Positions 8,996-17,491 of a stretch of DNA of 64,000 nucleotides are shown here, piece after piece. The position numbers and the translations under genes were made by a program. Numbering within the stretch: the first letter of the stretch is position 1; every line of letters begins with the position of its first letter. The DNA is taken from contig JADCGK010000014.1 of the NCBI GenBank assembly GCA_020249045.1, forward strand, positions 2,650 to 66,649. Reading direction: 5' to 3'. Under the pieces are notes generated by a model, which saw nothing but the letters and a program-made list of their open reading frames with translations, ran no database searches and was not told where the DNA came from. This stretch comes from Azospirillum sp. Lineage in GTDB: Bacteria; Pseudomonadota; Alphaproteobacteria; CACIAM-22H2.

Positions 8996-10184
8996 GCCCG
9001 CGCGCGCCACCGTCGGCACGATCGCGCTGCTGACCGCGATATCGATGCTGGGGCAGATGTCGATCGCGATGTATCTGCCGTCGCTGCCCTCGCTCGCCCA
9101 AGCGCTCGGCGCGCCGGCGGCCGAAGTCAAACTGACGATGACGGTGTTCCTTGCGGCGTTCGCGTGCGCGCAACTGGTGTGGGGGCCGCTTTCCGACCGC
9201 GTCGGCCGGCGCCCCGCGTTGTTCGCGGGCATCGCGGTTTTCCTCGTCGGAACGGCGATCTGCTTCCTCGCCCAGGCGATCGGCGCGCTGATTTTCGGCC
9301 GTTTCGTGCAGGGTCTGGGCGCTTGCGTGGGCGTGACGATCGCCCGCGCGGTCGTGCGCGACCGGTTCGAGCGGGCGGAAGGGGCGCGCGCGCTCGCCTT
9401 CATCGGCATGACGATGGCCGCCGGTCCCGCGATCGCGCCCGCGTTCGGCGGACAGTTGCAAATTCTGTTCGGATGGCGCGCGGTGTTCCTCGCGCTGGCG
9501 CTGTTCGGCGCGGCCGTGGCGATCGCCGCGTTCGTTCGGCTCGACGAAAGCAACCGCCAGCGCGATCCCTCGGCGACCGATCCGGGCCGCATGCTCGGCA
9601 ACTACGCCACCGTGCTGGGCGCCCGGGTCTATCTCGCCTATACCGCCCTTGCGGCTGCGTTCTTCGCGGGGCTCATGGCCTATGCGACGGGTCTGCCCTT
9701 TTTGCTGATCGACGGATTCGGGATGAGCCCGGCCGTCTACGGTCTGATCCCCAGCGTGACGGTCGTCGGCTATTTCGCCGGCTCGGTGCTCGCGGGCAAG
9801 CGCGCGGGCGTGACCCCGCCGCGAAAGCTCGCGCGTGCGGGCGCGGCGTGCGCGATGACGGGCGGCACGGCGTTGGCGGGTGTCGCGCTCGCCGGGCTCG
9901 ACCATCCGGTGACGTTGGTCGCGCCGATGATGATCTTCATGTTCGGCTTCGGCCTTGCCTTGCCCGCGGCGCTGGCCGCCTCGATGCAACCCTTTCCGCG
10001 CATGGCCGGGGCGGCGGCGGCCTTGCAAGGCTTCGTGCAGATGGCGACCGGCGCCGCCTGCACGCTGGGCGTCGCCGCTTTCGCCGACGGCACGGCGCGC
10101 TCGATGGCCTTCGCGATCTTCGCCGCAGCTTGCGCCGTTGCGTTGGCCGCCGGCGCGGCCCCCGCCGACGAGAAGCGCGCGTGA
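8988..10184 (+). CDS. MFS transporter, Bcr/CflA drug-resistance subfamily (copy 1)
   Basis: 12-TM hydrophobic profile. MYLPSLPSLAQAL and GPLSDRVGRRP are signature motifs. Confidence 0.8.
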   Translation: MAEPARATVGTIALLTAISMLGQMSIAMYLPSLPSLAQALGAPAAEVKLTMTVFLAAFACAQLVWGPLSDRVGRRPALFAGIAVFLVGTAICFLAQAIGALIFGRFVQGLGACVGVTIARAVVRDRFERAEGARALAFIGMTMAAGPAIAPAFGGQLQILFGWRAVFLALALFGAAVAIAAFVRLDESNRQRDPSATDPGRMLGNYATVLGARVYLAYTALAAAFFAGLMAYATGLPFLLIDGFGMSPAVYGLIPSVTVVGYFAGSVLAGKRAGVTPPRKLARAGAACAMTGGTALAGVALAGLDHPVTLVAPMMIFMFGFGLALPAALAASMQPFPRMAGAAAALQGFVQMATGAACTLGVAAFADGTARSMAFAIFAAACAVALAAGAAPADEKRA

Positions 10185-11368
10185 CCGGCGGACGCTTCGT
10201 ATTCGCGCTGGTCGTCGGCTTGGTGGCCGTGGGGCCGCTGTCGACCGATCTTTATCTGCCTTCGCTGCCCTCGATCGCGCGCGCGCTCGACGCCAGCGTC
10301 GCCCAAGCGCAATTGACGCTGTCGGCCTACATGACGGCGTTCGCGTTCGTGCAGCTCGCCTATGGCCCGCTCTCCGACCGCTTCGGGCGCAAGCCCGTGG
10401 CGATCGGGGGAATGGCGGTCTACGCGGCCGCGTCGCTGGCATGCGCCTTCGCGCCCAGCATCGAAGCGTTGATCTGGGCGCGCGCCGCGCAAGCGGCGGG
10501 GGCGTGCGCGGGCGTGGTTCTCGGCCGCGCCATCGTGCGCGACGTCTACGGCCCCGACGGAACCGCGCGCGCACTCGCCGCCGTCGGATCGGTGATGGCG
10601 TTCGCTCCGGCCATCGGTCCGATCCTGGGCGGTTTCGTCGAAACCTGGGCCGGGTGGCGCTGGAATTTCGCGCTGTTGGTTTTGTTCGCCCTGGTCCTGC
10701 TCGCGTGCCTCGTGCTCGCACTCGACGAAACCAACGCGCACAAGAATCCGCGCGCCACGGAAGTGGCGCCGATGCTGCGCAACTACCGAACGCTGGTGGC
10801 GGACCGGATCTATCTCGGCTACGCGCTGGCCGTCGCCTTCAGCTACGGCGGTCTGTTCGCCTTCATCTCCGGTTCGTCCTTCGTGCTGATCGACGTGCTC
10901 GGCCTGACGCCGCCGGTTTACGCCGGCTTCTTCGCCTTGTGCGTGCTCGGCTATTTCACCGGCACGCGGCTGACCGTCGCCTTCACCAAGCGCTTGGGCG
11001 TGGATCGGATGATCCGCCTGGGTGCCGGCATCAACATCGCGGGCGGCGGAGCGATGCTGGCGGCCGCACTCGCGGGTTTCGCCCAGCCGGGGCTTGCGGG
11101 CGCGTTCTGGCTGGTCGTGCCGATGGCCGTCTACATGGTCGGCATGGGGATCGTCATGCCCAACGGCCAAGGCGGTGCGCTGACCAACTACGCCAAAATG
11201 GCGGGCGCGGCGTCGGCGCTGATGGGCTTCGGGCATTTCGCGATCGCGGCCCTGGTGGGCGTCGCATTCGGGCAGTTGCACGCGGGCGGCGTGCTGGCGC
11301 TGCCGGCATTGGTGTTCGGCTGCGGGATCGCGACCTACGCCAGTTTCGCGCTGTTGGTGCGTCGCTAG
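10181..11368 (+). CDS. MFS transporter, Bcr/CflA drug-resistance subfamily (copy 2)
   Basis: GTG start overlaps the stop of copy 1 (GTGA). LYLPSLPSIARAL and GPLSDRFGRKP show it is a paralog of the upstream gene. Confidence 0.8.
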   Translation: MTGGRFVFALVVGLVAVGPLSTDLYLPSLPSIARALDASVAQAQLTLSAYMTAFAFVQLAYGPLSDRFGRKPVAIGGMAVYAAASLACAFAPSIEALIWARAAQAAGACAGVVLGRAIVRDVYGPDGTARALAAVGSVMAFAPAIGPILGGFVETWAGWRWNFALLVLFALVLLACLVLALDETNAHKNPRATEVAPMLRNYRTLVADRIYLGYALAVAFSYGGLFAFISGSSFVLIDVLGLTPPVYAGFFALCVLGYFTGTRLTVAFTKRLGVDRMIRLGAGINIAGGGAMLAAALAGFAQPGLAGAFWLVVPMAVYMVGMGIVMPNGQGGALTNYAKMAGAASALMGFGHFAIAALVGVAFGQLHAGGVLALPALVFGCGIATYASFALLVRR

Positions 11369-11375
11369 ACGGCGT

Positions 11376-11906
11376 TCATGCCGGTGCCGGGCAGGCGCCC
11401 GCGGCGCAGTCGCCCGCCGCGACATCGGCCGCGGTCGCGGACAATTCGGGCGCCTCGGCCATCAGCGTCGCGATCGAGGCGCCCAATACCAGATCGTCCA
11501 CGTGCCCGAAGGCGTTCATCCGCAGGAGGCCCGCCCTGTCGATCAGCAAGGTCGATGGCGTGCCGCGCAAGCCATAGGCGCGCATCGTCAGCGGGATGGG
11601 ATCGCCCTGCGCGTGGGCGTCGAGCGCCACGGGAAAGTCGATCCGGTATTCGTGCAGGAAGGCGGACAGCGCGTCCTCGGTCCCCTGGGCCGCATGATGT
11701 TCGAACACGCTGTGCAAGCCCAACACGGCCACGCGATCGTCGAACGCGGCGCGGACGCGGCGGGCTTGCGGCACGCCTTCGGCGACGCAGCCCGGACAGA
11801 GCATCTGAAACGCGACCGCGACGACGACCTTGCCGCGCAAGGCCGCCAGGGAGTCCGGCGCTTGCGCGCCGAACCAGCGGGCGACGCGCCATTCGGGCGC
11901 GCGCAT
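11376..11906 (-). CDS. Cytoplasmic thioredoxin-fold protein (redoxin/TlpA-like, CPGC active site)
   Basis: 176 aa from MRAPEW. GKVVVAVAFQMLCPGC and GLRGTPSTLLIDR are redoxin-like. No signal peptide. Extra C-terminal DCAAGAC. Its ATG overlaps the protoglobin stop (TGATG). Confidence 0.7.
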   Translation of the reverse strand: MRAPEWRVARWFGAQAPDSLAALRGKVVVAVAFQMLCPGCVAEGVPQARRVRAAFDDRVAVLGLHSVFEHHAAQGTEDALSAFLHEYRIDFPVALDAHAQGDPIPLTMRAYGLRGTPSTLLIDRAGLLRMNAFGHVDDLVLGASIATLMAEAPELSATAADVAAGDCAAGACPAPA

Positions 11907-12493
11907 CAGAAATCCCCGTCCTTGGCGTAGGGCCGCGCCCACAAGATCGCCTGCAGCAGAACCGATTTGGTCCAAGCGGCATGCATGGCTTCGACCGTTT
12001 CGGGCGCAGCGCCGGCTCGCGCGAGGAACGGCTTGATCGTCGCCGAGATCGGATAGACCAGCGCCAGCAGATGGCTCATCGGGATATGGGCGGAGGCGTT
12101 GGCGCCGTCCGTCCGGTTCTTGCCGATGCGATGATGGCGCTTGCCGATCTCGTCCATCCACGCGAGCCAGGCCGCGTCGTAGTCCGCGGCGCAGGTGTCC
12201 AGGATCCAGCGGCCGAAGCGCTGGCGCACGGCCGCGAGATAGTCGCCCGAGGGCGCGCCCGTCTTCGGATCGGCGAAATGCGCCAACAGATGGGGATTGG
12301 CGCCGACGAAGCCGTACCAAACGTCGAGGATCGCTTCGACCTGCGGGGCCAAGACGTCGCGCGCGCGGCGCAACGCGTCCACATCGGCGGGGCCGAACAA
12401 CAGCGAGGCTTTGAGCGCGTCGAGTGCTTTGGCGTCGACGGGCGAGGCGGCGAGGGCGGGGTCGCCGAAGCGATAGCCGGCGGGGACGGTCAT
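11906..12493 (-). CDS. Single-domain protoglobin
   Basis: Full-length resemblance, from memory, to Methanosarcina protoglobin: LDVWYGFVGANPHLL, YLAAVRQRFGRWILDT, GKRHHRIG (proximal His), YPISATIKPFLAR and C-terminal GDF. AAGGAG RBS lies 7 nt upstream. Confidence 0.85.
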   Translation of the reverse strand: MTVPAGYRFGDPALAASPVDAKALDALKASLLFGPADVDALRRARDVLAPQVEAILDVWYGFVGANPHLLAHFADPKTGAPSGDYLAAVRQRFGRWILDTCAADYDAAWLAWMDEIGKRHHRIGKNRTDGANASAHIPMSHLLALVYPISATIKPFLARAGAAPETVEAMHAAWTKSVLLQAILWARPYAKDGDF

Positions 12494-12528
12494 GGGTCAC
12501 ACTCCTTGAGCTGGGGAAATCAATGTAG

Positions 12529-12541
12529 TATCGAGTCGATA
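12529..12541. promoter_or_regulatory. Palindromic operator candidate 1 (TATCGAGTCGATA)
   Basis: Perfect 6-1-6 inverted repeat in the AT-rich 65-nt divergent intergenic region between the protoglobin and marR genes. Confidence 0.5.
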
Positions 12542-12558
12542 TCATTCGGATTGAAGCG

Positions 12559-13131
12559 ATGTCAAGAAAAAGTAGCGAGTCGCTATCTTTGGATTCTGCG
12601 CGCCGCGCCGCCGAGTTGATCGGACGGCTGGATCGGCTCGCCCGGTCGAGCGCGCGCGCGGGCGACATGAATCCCGCGCAATGGGAGGCGTTGCGCTATC
12701 TGGCGCGCGCGAACCGTTTTTCGCGCACGCCGGCGGCGGTGGCCGAGTATTTCGGTTCCACGCGCGGGACGGTGTCGCAGACGCTGATCGCGCTCGAGGA
12801 GAAGGGCTATGTGGTCAAGCGCGCCAGTGTGCGCGACCGGCGTTCGCTCGATTTGGCGCTGACGCCGGCGGGCGAGGCAGCACTCGCGCACGACGCCCTT
12901 CCCGAATTCGCCGCCATGCTGGCCGCCGGAACCGACGCCACCGGATTGGCGGACCGATTGGCCGAAGCGCTCGGTGGCGTGCTCGCCAAGCGCGGCGGCA
13001 AACCCTTCGGTGCCTGCAAGACATGCCGGCATTTCCGGACGGATGCCAAACCCGGCCCGTATCGTTGCGCGCTGTTGGAGGAGAGGTTGTCGCCCGAGGA
13101 CGCGGAACTCATCTGCGTCGAACAGGCCTGA
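12559..13131 (+). CDS. MarR-family transcriptional regulator with C-terminal four-Cys tail
   Basis: Winged-helix core (NPAQWEALRYLA...TPAAVAEYFGSTRGTVSQTLIALEEKGYVVK...DRRS) plus CKTC-x13-C-x15-C. The first ~12 codons have low GC3, so the start may be later (for example TTG at 12589). Confidence 0.75.
   Translation: MSRKSSESLSLDSARRAAELIGRLDRLARSSARAGDMNPAQWEALRYLARANRFSRTPAAVAEYFGSTRGTVSQTLIALEEKGYVVKRASVRDRRSLDLALTPAGEAALAHDALPEFAAMLAAGTDATGLADRLAEALGGVLAKRGGKPFGACKTCRHFRTDAKPGPYRCALLEERLSPEDAELICVEQA
12573..12585. promoter_or_regulatory. Palindromic operator candidate 2 (TAGCGAGTCGCTA)
   Basis: Perfect 6-1-6 inverted repeat. With site 1 it shares the 16-nt pattern GTAnCGAGTCGnTATC. Centres are 44 bp apart. 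It lies in the first codons or 5' leader of marR. Confidence 0.5.
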
Positions 13132-15261
13132 TCAATTCCGCTCGTTGAGATTGGGCATGTAGAACGGATCGCCCGGCCGGTTGCCCGACGCGTCGGGGGG
13201 GCCATCGGGGACGCGCGCGGGCAGGGCGGCCGGGACCGTTTGGACGGCGGGTGGTGCGGGCGCCAGGCTTTGGAACAACCGCGCGAACCAGCCCGGTTCC
13301 TCGACCGGAACGGCGCCGGGCAGCGGACGCGCGGGCAGGCCGCGATGGGCTTCGAGCATCACGTTGCGCCACAGCCGCGCGGGCAACGAACCGCCCGCGA
13401 CGCGCTCCATCTCCTCGCGGTCGTCGTTGCCGAACCAGACCCCGGCGACGTAATCGGCGGTGAAGCCGACGAACAGCGCGTCGCGATAGTCGTTGGTGGT
13501 GCCGGTCTTGCCGCCCGCGGGCCGGTCGATATTCGCCGCGCGCCCCGTTCCTTGGCGGATCACGGCGGTCATCAGTTCGGTCATCGTGCCGAGCGCCGCG
13601 CGCCCGACGACTTGGCCCGGCCCCGAACCCTGGCGCCGGTACAAGACGGCGCCGTTCGCATCGCGGATTTCGAGGATCGCGTGGGGAATGACGCCGCTGC
13701 CGCCGTTGGCGAAGGGCGCGTAGGCGGCGGTCAGCTCCAGCAACGTCGTTTCCGACGTGCCCAGTGCCAGCGACAGATCGCGCCGCAGCGGCGAGGCCAC
13801 ACCCAGGCGCTGGGCCGCGCGCACGACCTCGTCGATGCCCGCCTGCTGGGCGACGCGGATCGCGGCGGTGTTGACCGATCGCGCGAAGGCGTCGCGCACG
13901 GCGATTTCGCCGAAGCTGCGGTCGTCGAAATTGCGCGGCCGCCAATCGCGGATCTGGATCGGCAGGTCCGAAACGCGGTCGTCGGGCTTCAGGCCGCGCT
14001 CGGCGGCGGCGAGGTATACGAACGTCTTGAAGGCCGAGCCGGGCTGGCGGCGCGCCTCGGTCGCGCGATTGTATTGGCTGCGCGCGTAATCGCGCCCGCC
14101 GACGAGCGCGCGCACGGCGCCGTCCGGCGTCATCACGACGACCGCCCCTTGTTCGACGTCCGCGCGCTGGCCCTCGCGCGCCAGCAAATCCTCCAGCGCC
14201 GCCTCCGCCGCGCGCTGCAGGCGCTGATCCATCGTCGTGACGATCGTCAGGTCGCGGTCGGCGAAGCCGACGAAGCCTTGCACCTGTTCGAGCAGCCAAT
14301 CGGTGTAATAGCGGTTGCCGCGCTGGGCTTGGCCGGCGGCGGGAACCGCCACGGCCAGCGCGCCGGCACCCGCGCGCTGCTCGGCGGTCATGAATCCGGC
14401 TTCGACCATGTTGTCGAGCACTTCGGCCGCGCGCGCTTTGGCGCGGGCCATGTTGGCGGTCGGCGCGAAGCGCGACGGCGCTTTGAGCAAACCCGCCACG
14501 ATCGCCGCTTCGTGCGCGTTCACCGCGCGCGCGGACTTGCCGAAATAGCGCCGCGCGGCCGCCTCGACGCCGTAGGTTCCGGCGCCGAGGTAGACGCGGT
14601 TCAGATAGAGCGTGAGGATTTCGTCCTTGGTGAATTTGCGTTCGAGCCACAGCGCCAGCAGCAACTCGCGGATCTTGCGCGCGGCGGACCGGTCGTTGTC
14701 GAGGAACACGTTCTTGGCGAGCTGTTGGGTGATGGTCGAGCCGCCTTGCACGACCCGGCCGGCTTGGAAATTGGCGACGGCCGCGCGCGCGATGCCGCGC
14801 GGATCGACGCCGATGTGGGAATAGAAGCGCCTGTCCTCGGTCGCGAGCACGGCCATCGGCAGCCAGGGCGGCAATTCCTCCAGCCGCACGAGGCCGCCGT
14901 AAAGATCGCCGTAGGTCGCGACCGTCTCCCCGCGCTGGTCCACGAAGGTCAGCGACGGGCGCCGTTCGAACTTGTCGATGAGGTCGACGGGCGGCAGCGT
15001 CAGCGCGAAATAGCCGAGTACGCCGGCCCCCGCGATGCCCGCCCAAATGCCCAGAACGAAGGTCCACTTGAACAGGAACAGCGCCGCCCGCGCGGCGACC
15101 CCGCGGCGGGCTTTGCGCGGCTTGGCGGGGGTGGCGGCGCGGCGCGGACGTTCGTCGGCATCCACGCGCAAGCCGCCGCCGCGCGGACCGGCCTCGCGCG
15201 CGCCGCGCTCCAGGCTCGGCTCGCGCCGTTCCTTCCGGCCGGCGGGGGGACGACTCGACAT
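13132..15261 (-). CDS. Class A penicillin-binding protein (glycosyltransferase + transpeptidase, PBP1A family)
   Basis: GT51 motifs (ATEDRRFYSHIGVD, GGSTITQQLAKN, RKIRE). Transpeptidase motifs SAFKTF (SxxK), SVN and KTGTT. Confidence 0.9.
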   Translation of the reverse strand: MSSRPPAGRKERREPSLERGAREAGPRGGGLRVDADERPRRAATPAKPRKARRGVAARAALFLFKWTFVLGIWAGIAGAGVLGYFALTLPPVDLIDKFERRPSLTFVDQRGETVATYGDLYGGLVRLEELPPWLPMAVLATEDRRFYSHIGVDPRGIARAAVANFQAGRVVQGGSTITQQLAKNVFLDNDRSAARKIRELLLALWLERKFTKDEILTLYLNRVYLGAGTYGVEAAARRYFGKSARAVNAHEAAIVAGLLKAPSRFAPTANMARAKARAAEVLDNMVEAGFMTAEQRAGAGALAVAVPAAGQAQRGNRYYTDWLLEQVQGFVGFADRDLTIVTTMDQRLQRAAEAALEDLLAREGQRADVEQGAVVVMTPDGAVRALVGGRDYARSQYNRATEARRQPGSAFKTFVYLAAAERGLKPDDRVSDLPIQIRDWRPRNFDDRSFGEIAVRDAFARSVNTAAIRVAQQAGIDEVVRAAQRLGVASPLRRDLSLALGTSETTLLELTAAYAPFANGGSGVIPHAILEIRDANGAVLYRRQGSGPGQVVGRAALGTMTELMTAVIRQGTGRAANIDRPAGGKTGTTNDYRDALFVGFTADYVAGVWFGNDDREEMERVAGGSLPARLWRNVMLEAHRGLPARPLPGAVPVEEPGWFARLFQSLAPAPPAVQTVPAALPARVPDGPPDASGNRPGDPFYMPNLNERN

Positions 15262-15314
15262 GGCCGGATTCTACCGCCGAACCGGCCCCCTTGATGGCGC
15301 GATTGCGGCGGAAC

Positions 15315-15929
15315 TCAGGCCAGGGCCGCGATGCCCTTGGCCATGCCCGGACGCGCCATCGTGCGCGCGAGGTAAGCCTGCAGATGGGCGAGAGCGGCCA
15401 CGCCGGGCACGTCCTTGGCGCGCGACGCGGCCGGGGCGAAGGCGACGTCGGCGACGGTGAACGCCGAACCGCACAGATAGGCCCGGCCGTCGGCCAACGC
15501 CTTGTCCGCCTGGGCCAGCGCCCCGACGATGCGTCCGGCGAGCCACTCGCCGACCGGTGCGGGCTTGTCGGCGAGGTTCGAGCGCGTGAAGCCGATATAG
15601 GCCCCGACCGCGCCGGACACGTCAGAGGCCGCATAGGCGGTCCACCACAGGGCCGCAGCACGGGTTTTGGCGTCGGTGGGCAGCAGCTTGCCGGTTTTTT
15701 CGGCGAGATAGAGCAGGATCGCGATCGACTGGGCGAGGGTGACGCCCGCCGCGTCGTCGACCAGGGCGGGCACTTGGCCCGCCGGGTTGATCGCCAGGAA
15801 TTCGGGCGTCTTTTGGGCGCCCTTGGCCAGATCGACCTTGTGCAGCGTGTAGGGCAGGCCCAGCTCTTCGAGCATGCAGGCGGCGCGTTGGGCGTTCGAC
15901 GTGGCGGCGGCGTAAAGATGAAGGGTCAT
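15315..15929 (-). CDS. Glutathione S-transferase
   Basis: Thioredoxin-like N-domain (FLAINPAGQVPALVDD...LAQSIAILLYLAE) followed by a helical C-domain. Confidence 0.8.
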   Translation of the reverse strand: MTLHLYAAATSNAQRAACMLEELGLPYTLHKVDLAKGAQKTPEFLAINPAGQVPALVDDAAGVTLAQSIAILLYLAEKTGKLLPTDAKTRAAALWWTAYAASDVSGAVGAYIGFTRSNLADKPAPVGEWLAGRIVGALAQADKALADGRAYLCGSAFTVADVAFAPAASRAKDVPGVAALAHLQAYLARTMARPGMAKGIAALA

Positions 15930-16064
15930 TCGGCGGATCCTCGCGATCGGGGCGCGACCGTAACGGTCGGGCCGGCACTCTAGGCGCCGTCGTGCGCCGC
16001 GACAATCCGCCTTTCGTGCGGCACGGCGTTTGCGTCAAACTCTTCCGTCCGGGGGAGGTCCGAC

Positions 16065-17111
16065 ATGCTCGTCACCCAGCAGAAAGTCTTGCGCCGCTTT
16101 TGGTATCCCGTTTTGCCGGTCGACCGGCTGGCCGACGGGCCCAAGCCATTCACGCTGTTGGGCGAGAACCTGGCGTTGTGGCGCGATTCGACCGGTGCCG
16201 TGCACGCCGTCGAGGACCGCTGCTGCCATCGCACGGCGAAGTTGTCGCCGGGCTGGGTGGACGGCGATTGGATCGTCTGCCCCTATCACGGCTGGGCATA
16301 TGACGGCGCGGGGGCCTGCAAGCGCATTCCGCAGGCCAAAGACCCCGCGCGCGCGATGCGCTTCGGCGTGAAGCCGTTCCGCGCGACCGCGCGCTATGGC
16401 TATGTCTGGGTGGCGCTCGAAGAACCCTTGTTCGGCATTCCCGAATTCGAAGAGCACGACGCGCCCGGCTTCCGCACGATCCATCAATTCTACGAGCCCT
16501 GGGCCGCGGCCGGGTTGCGGGTGATGGAGAACTCGTTCGATTGGGCGCATTTTTCGTTCGTGCATCGCGCGACGTTCGGCGATCAGGACCAGCCCGATCC
16601 CGCGAAGTCGGAGATCGACGCGCATCCTTGGGGCTTCGAGGCGCGCACGGTCGCACCCGTCGTCAATCGCGGCGATGCGGCGCGGATCACCGGGGTCGCG
16701 GCCGAACGGACGGAACGCCGCATGACCGCGCGCTGGTACATGCCTTTCGCGCGCAAGCTGCATATCGAATATCCGTCGGGCACGCGCCATTCGATCGTGA
16801 CGATCGCCACACCCGTCGACGACGCGAACAGCATGATCTGCCAGTGGATCTACCGCAACGACACCGAAGACCAGGTGAAGGCGGCCGACGCGATCGCCTT
16901 CGACCGCAAGATCACGGGCGAGGACAAGGAAATCCTGGAAGCGACCGATTGGGACGTGCCGCTCGACCGGAACTCCGGGATCGAATTCCACATGCCGTCG
17001 GACCGGCCGGGTCTGATCATGCGCGACATGTTGAAGGCGCTGCTCGCCGCGCACGGCGAAAGCGAAATGCGCCGCGACGGACCCGTCGCCGCGCCGCGCG
17101 CGGCGGAGTAG
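16065..17111 (+). CDS. Rieske [2Fe-2S] non-heme-iron oxygenase, PaO/Tic55-like (paralog 1)
   Basis: Rieske motif CCHRTAKL...CPYHGWAYD. Catalytic domain contains ENSFDWAHFSFVH. Confidence 0.8.
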   Translation: MLVTQQKVLRRFWYPVLPVDRLADGPKPFTLLGENLALWRDSTGAVHAVEDRCCHRTAKLSPGWVDGDWIVCPYHGWAYDGAGACKRIPQAKDPARAMRFGVKPFRATARYGYVWVALEEPLFGIPEFEEHDAPGFRTIHQFYEPWAAAGLRVMENSFDWAHFSFVHRATFGDQDQPDPAKSEIDAHPWGFEARTVAPVVNRGDAARITGVAAERTERRMTARWYMPFARKLHIEYPSGTRHSIVTIATPVDDANSMICQWIYRNDTEDQVKAADAIAFDRKITGEDKEILEATDWDVPLDRNSGIEFHMPSDRPGLIMRDMLKALLAAHGESEMRRDGPVAAPRAAE

Positions 17112-17132
17112 ACGCCGGCCGCGGAAGCGCCC

Positions 17133-17170
17133 AAAGAAAAAGCGCGGGGACGGCGAAGCGTCCCCGCGCT
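17133..17170 (-). terminator. Rho-independent terminator of the HU gene
   Basis: Perfect 12-bp stem (17141-17152 / 17159-17170) with a 6-nt loop. On the minus strand it is followed by TTTTCTTT. Confidence 0.7.
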
Positions 17171-17200
17171 CTCGTCCGGCCGAAGCCGGAAGAAGGAAGC

Positions 17201-17491
17201 TCAGACGGCTTCCTTGAGATCCTTGGCGGCGCGGAAAGCGACCTTCTTCGACGCCTTGATCTTGATCTGCTCGCCCGTCGCCGGGTTGCGGCCCATGCGC
17301 GCCGGACGCTTGCGGACCTGGAAAATGCCCAGGCCGGGGACGCGGATCTTGGCGCCCTTCTTCAGCGACTTGGTCAGCGCCGCAACGAAGCCGTCGAGAA
17401 CCTCGACCGCTTGCTTCTTCGGCATGGCGTGCTTCTCGGCGAGCTCGTAAGCGATCGCCTTGAGGGTGACGACTTCCTGCTTCTCGGCCAT
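17201..17491 (-). CDS. hup: HU-family DNA-binding protein
   Basis: 96 aa from MAEKQ. GFVAALTKSLKKG..I.VPGLGIF.V..R.AR.GRNP.TGE.I.I......F. Strong GAGGAGG RBS. Confidence 0.9.
   Translation of the reverse strand: MAEKQEVVTLKAIAYELAEKHAMPKKQAVEVLDGFVAALTKSLKKGAKIRVPGLGIFQVRKRPARMGRNPATGEQIKIKASKKVAFRAAKDLKEAV

Noticed and set aside
12506-12523. TTGAG-N8-ATCAA near the protoglobin start as an FNR box.
   Set aside because: The spacing is wrong (TTGA-N10-TCAA instead of N6). The TTGA half is the complement of the protoglobin AAGGAG ribosome-binding site.
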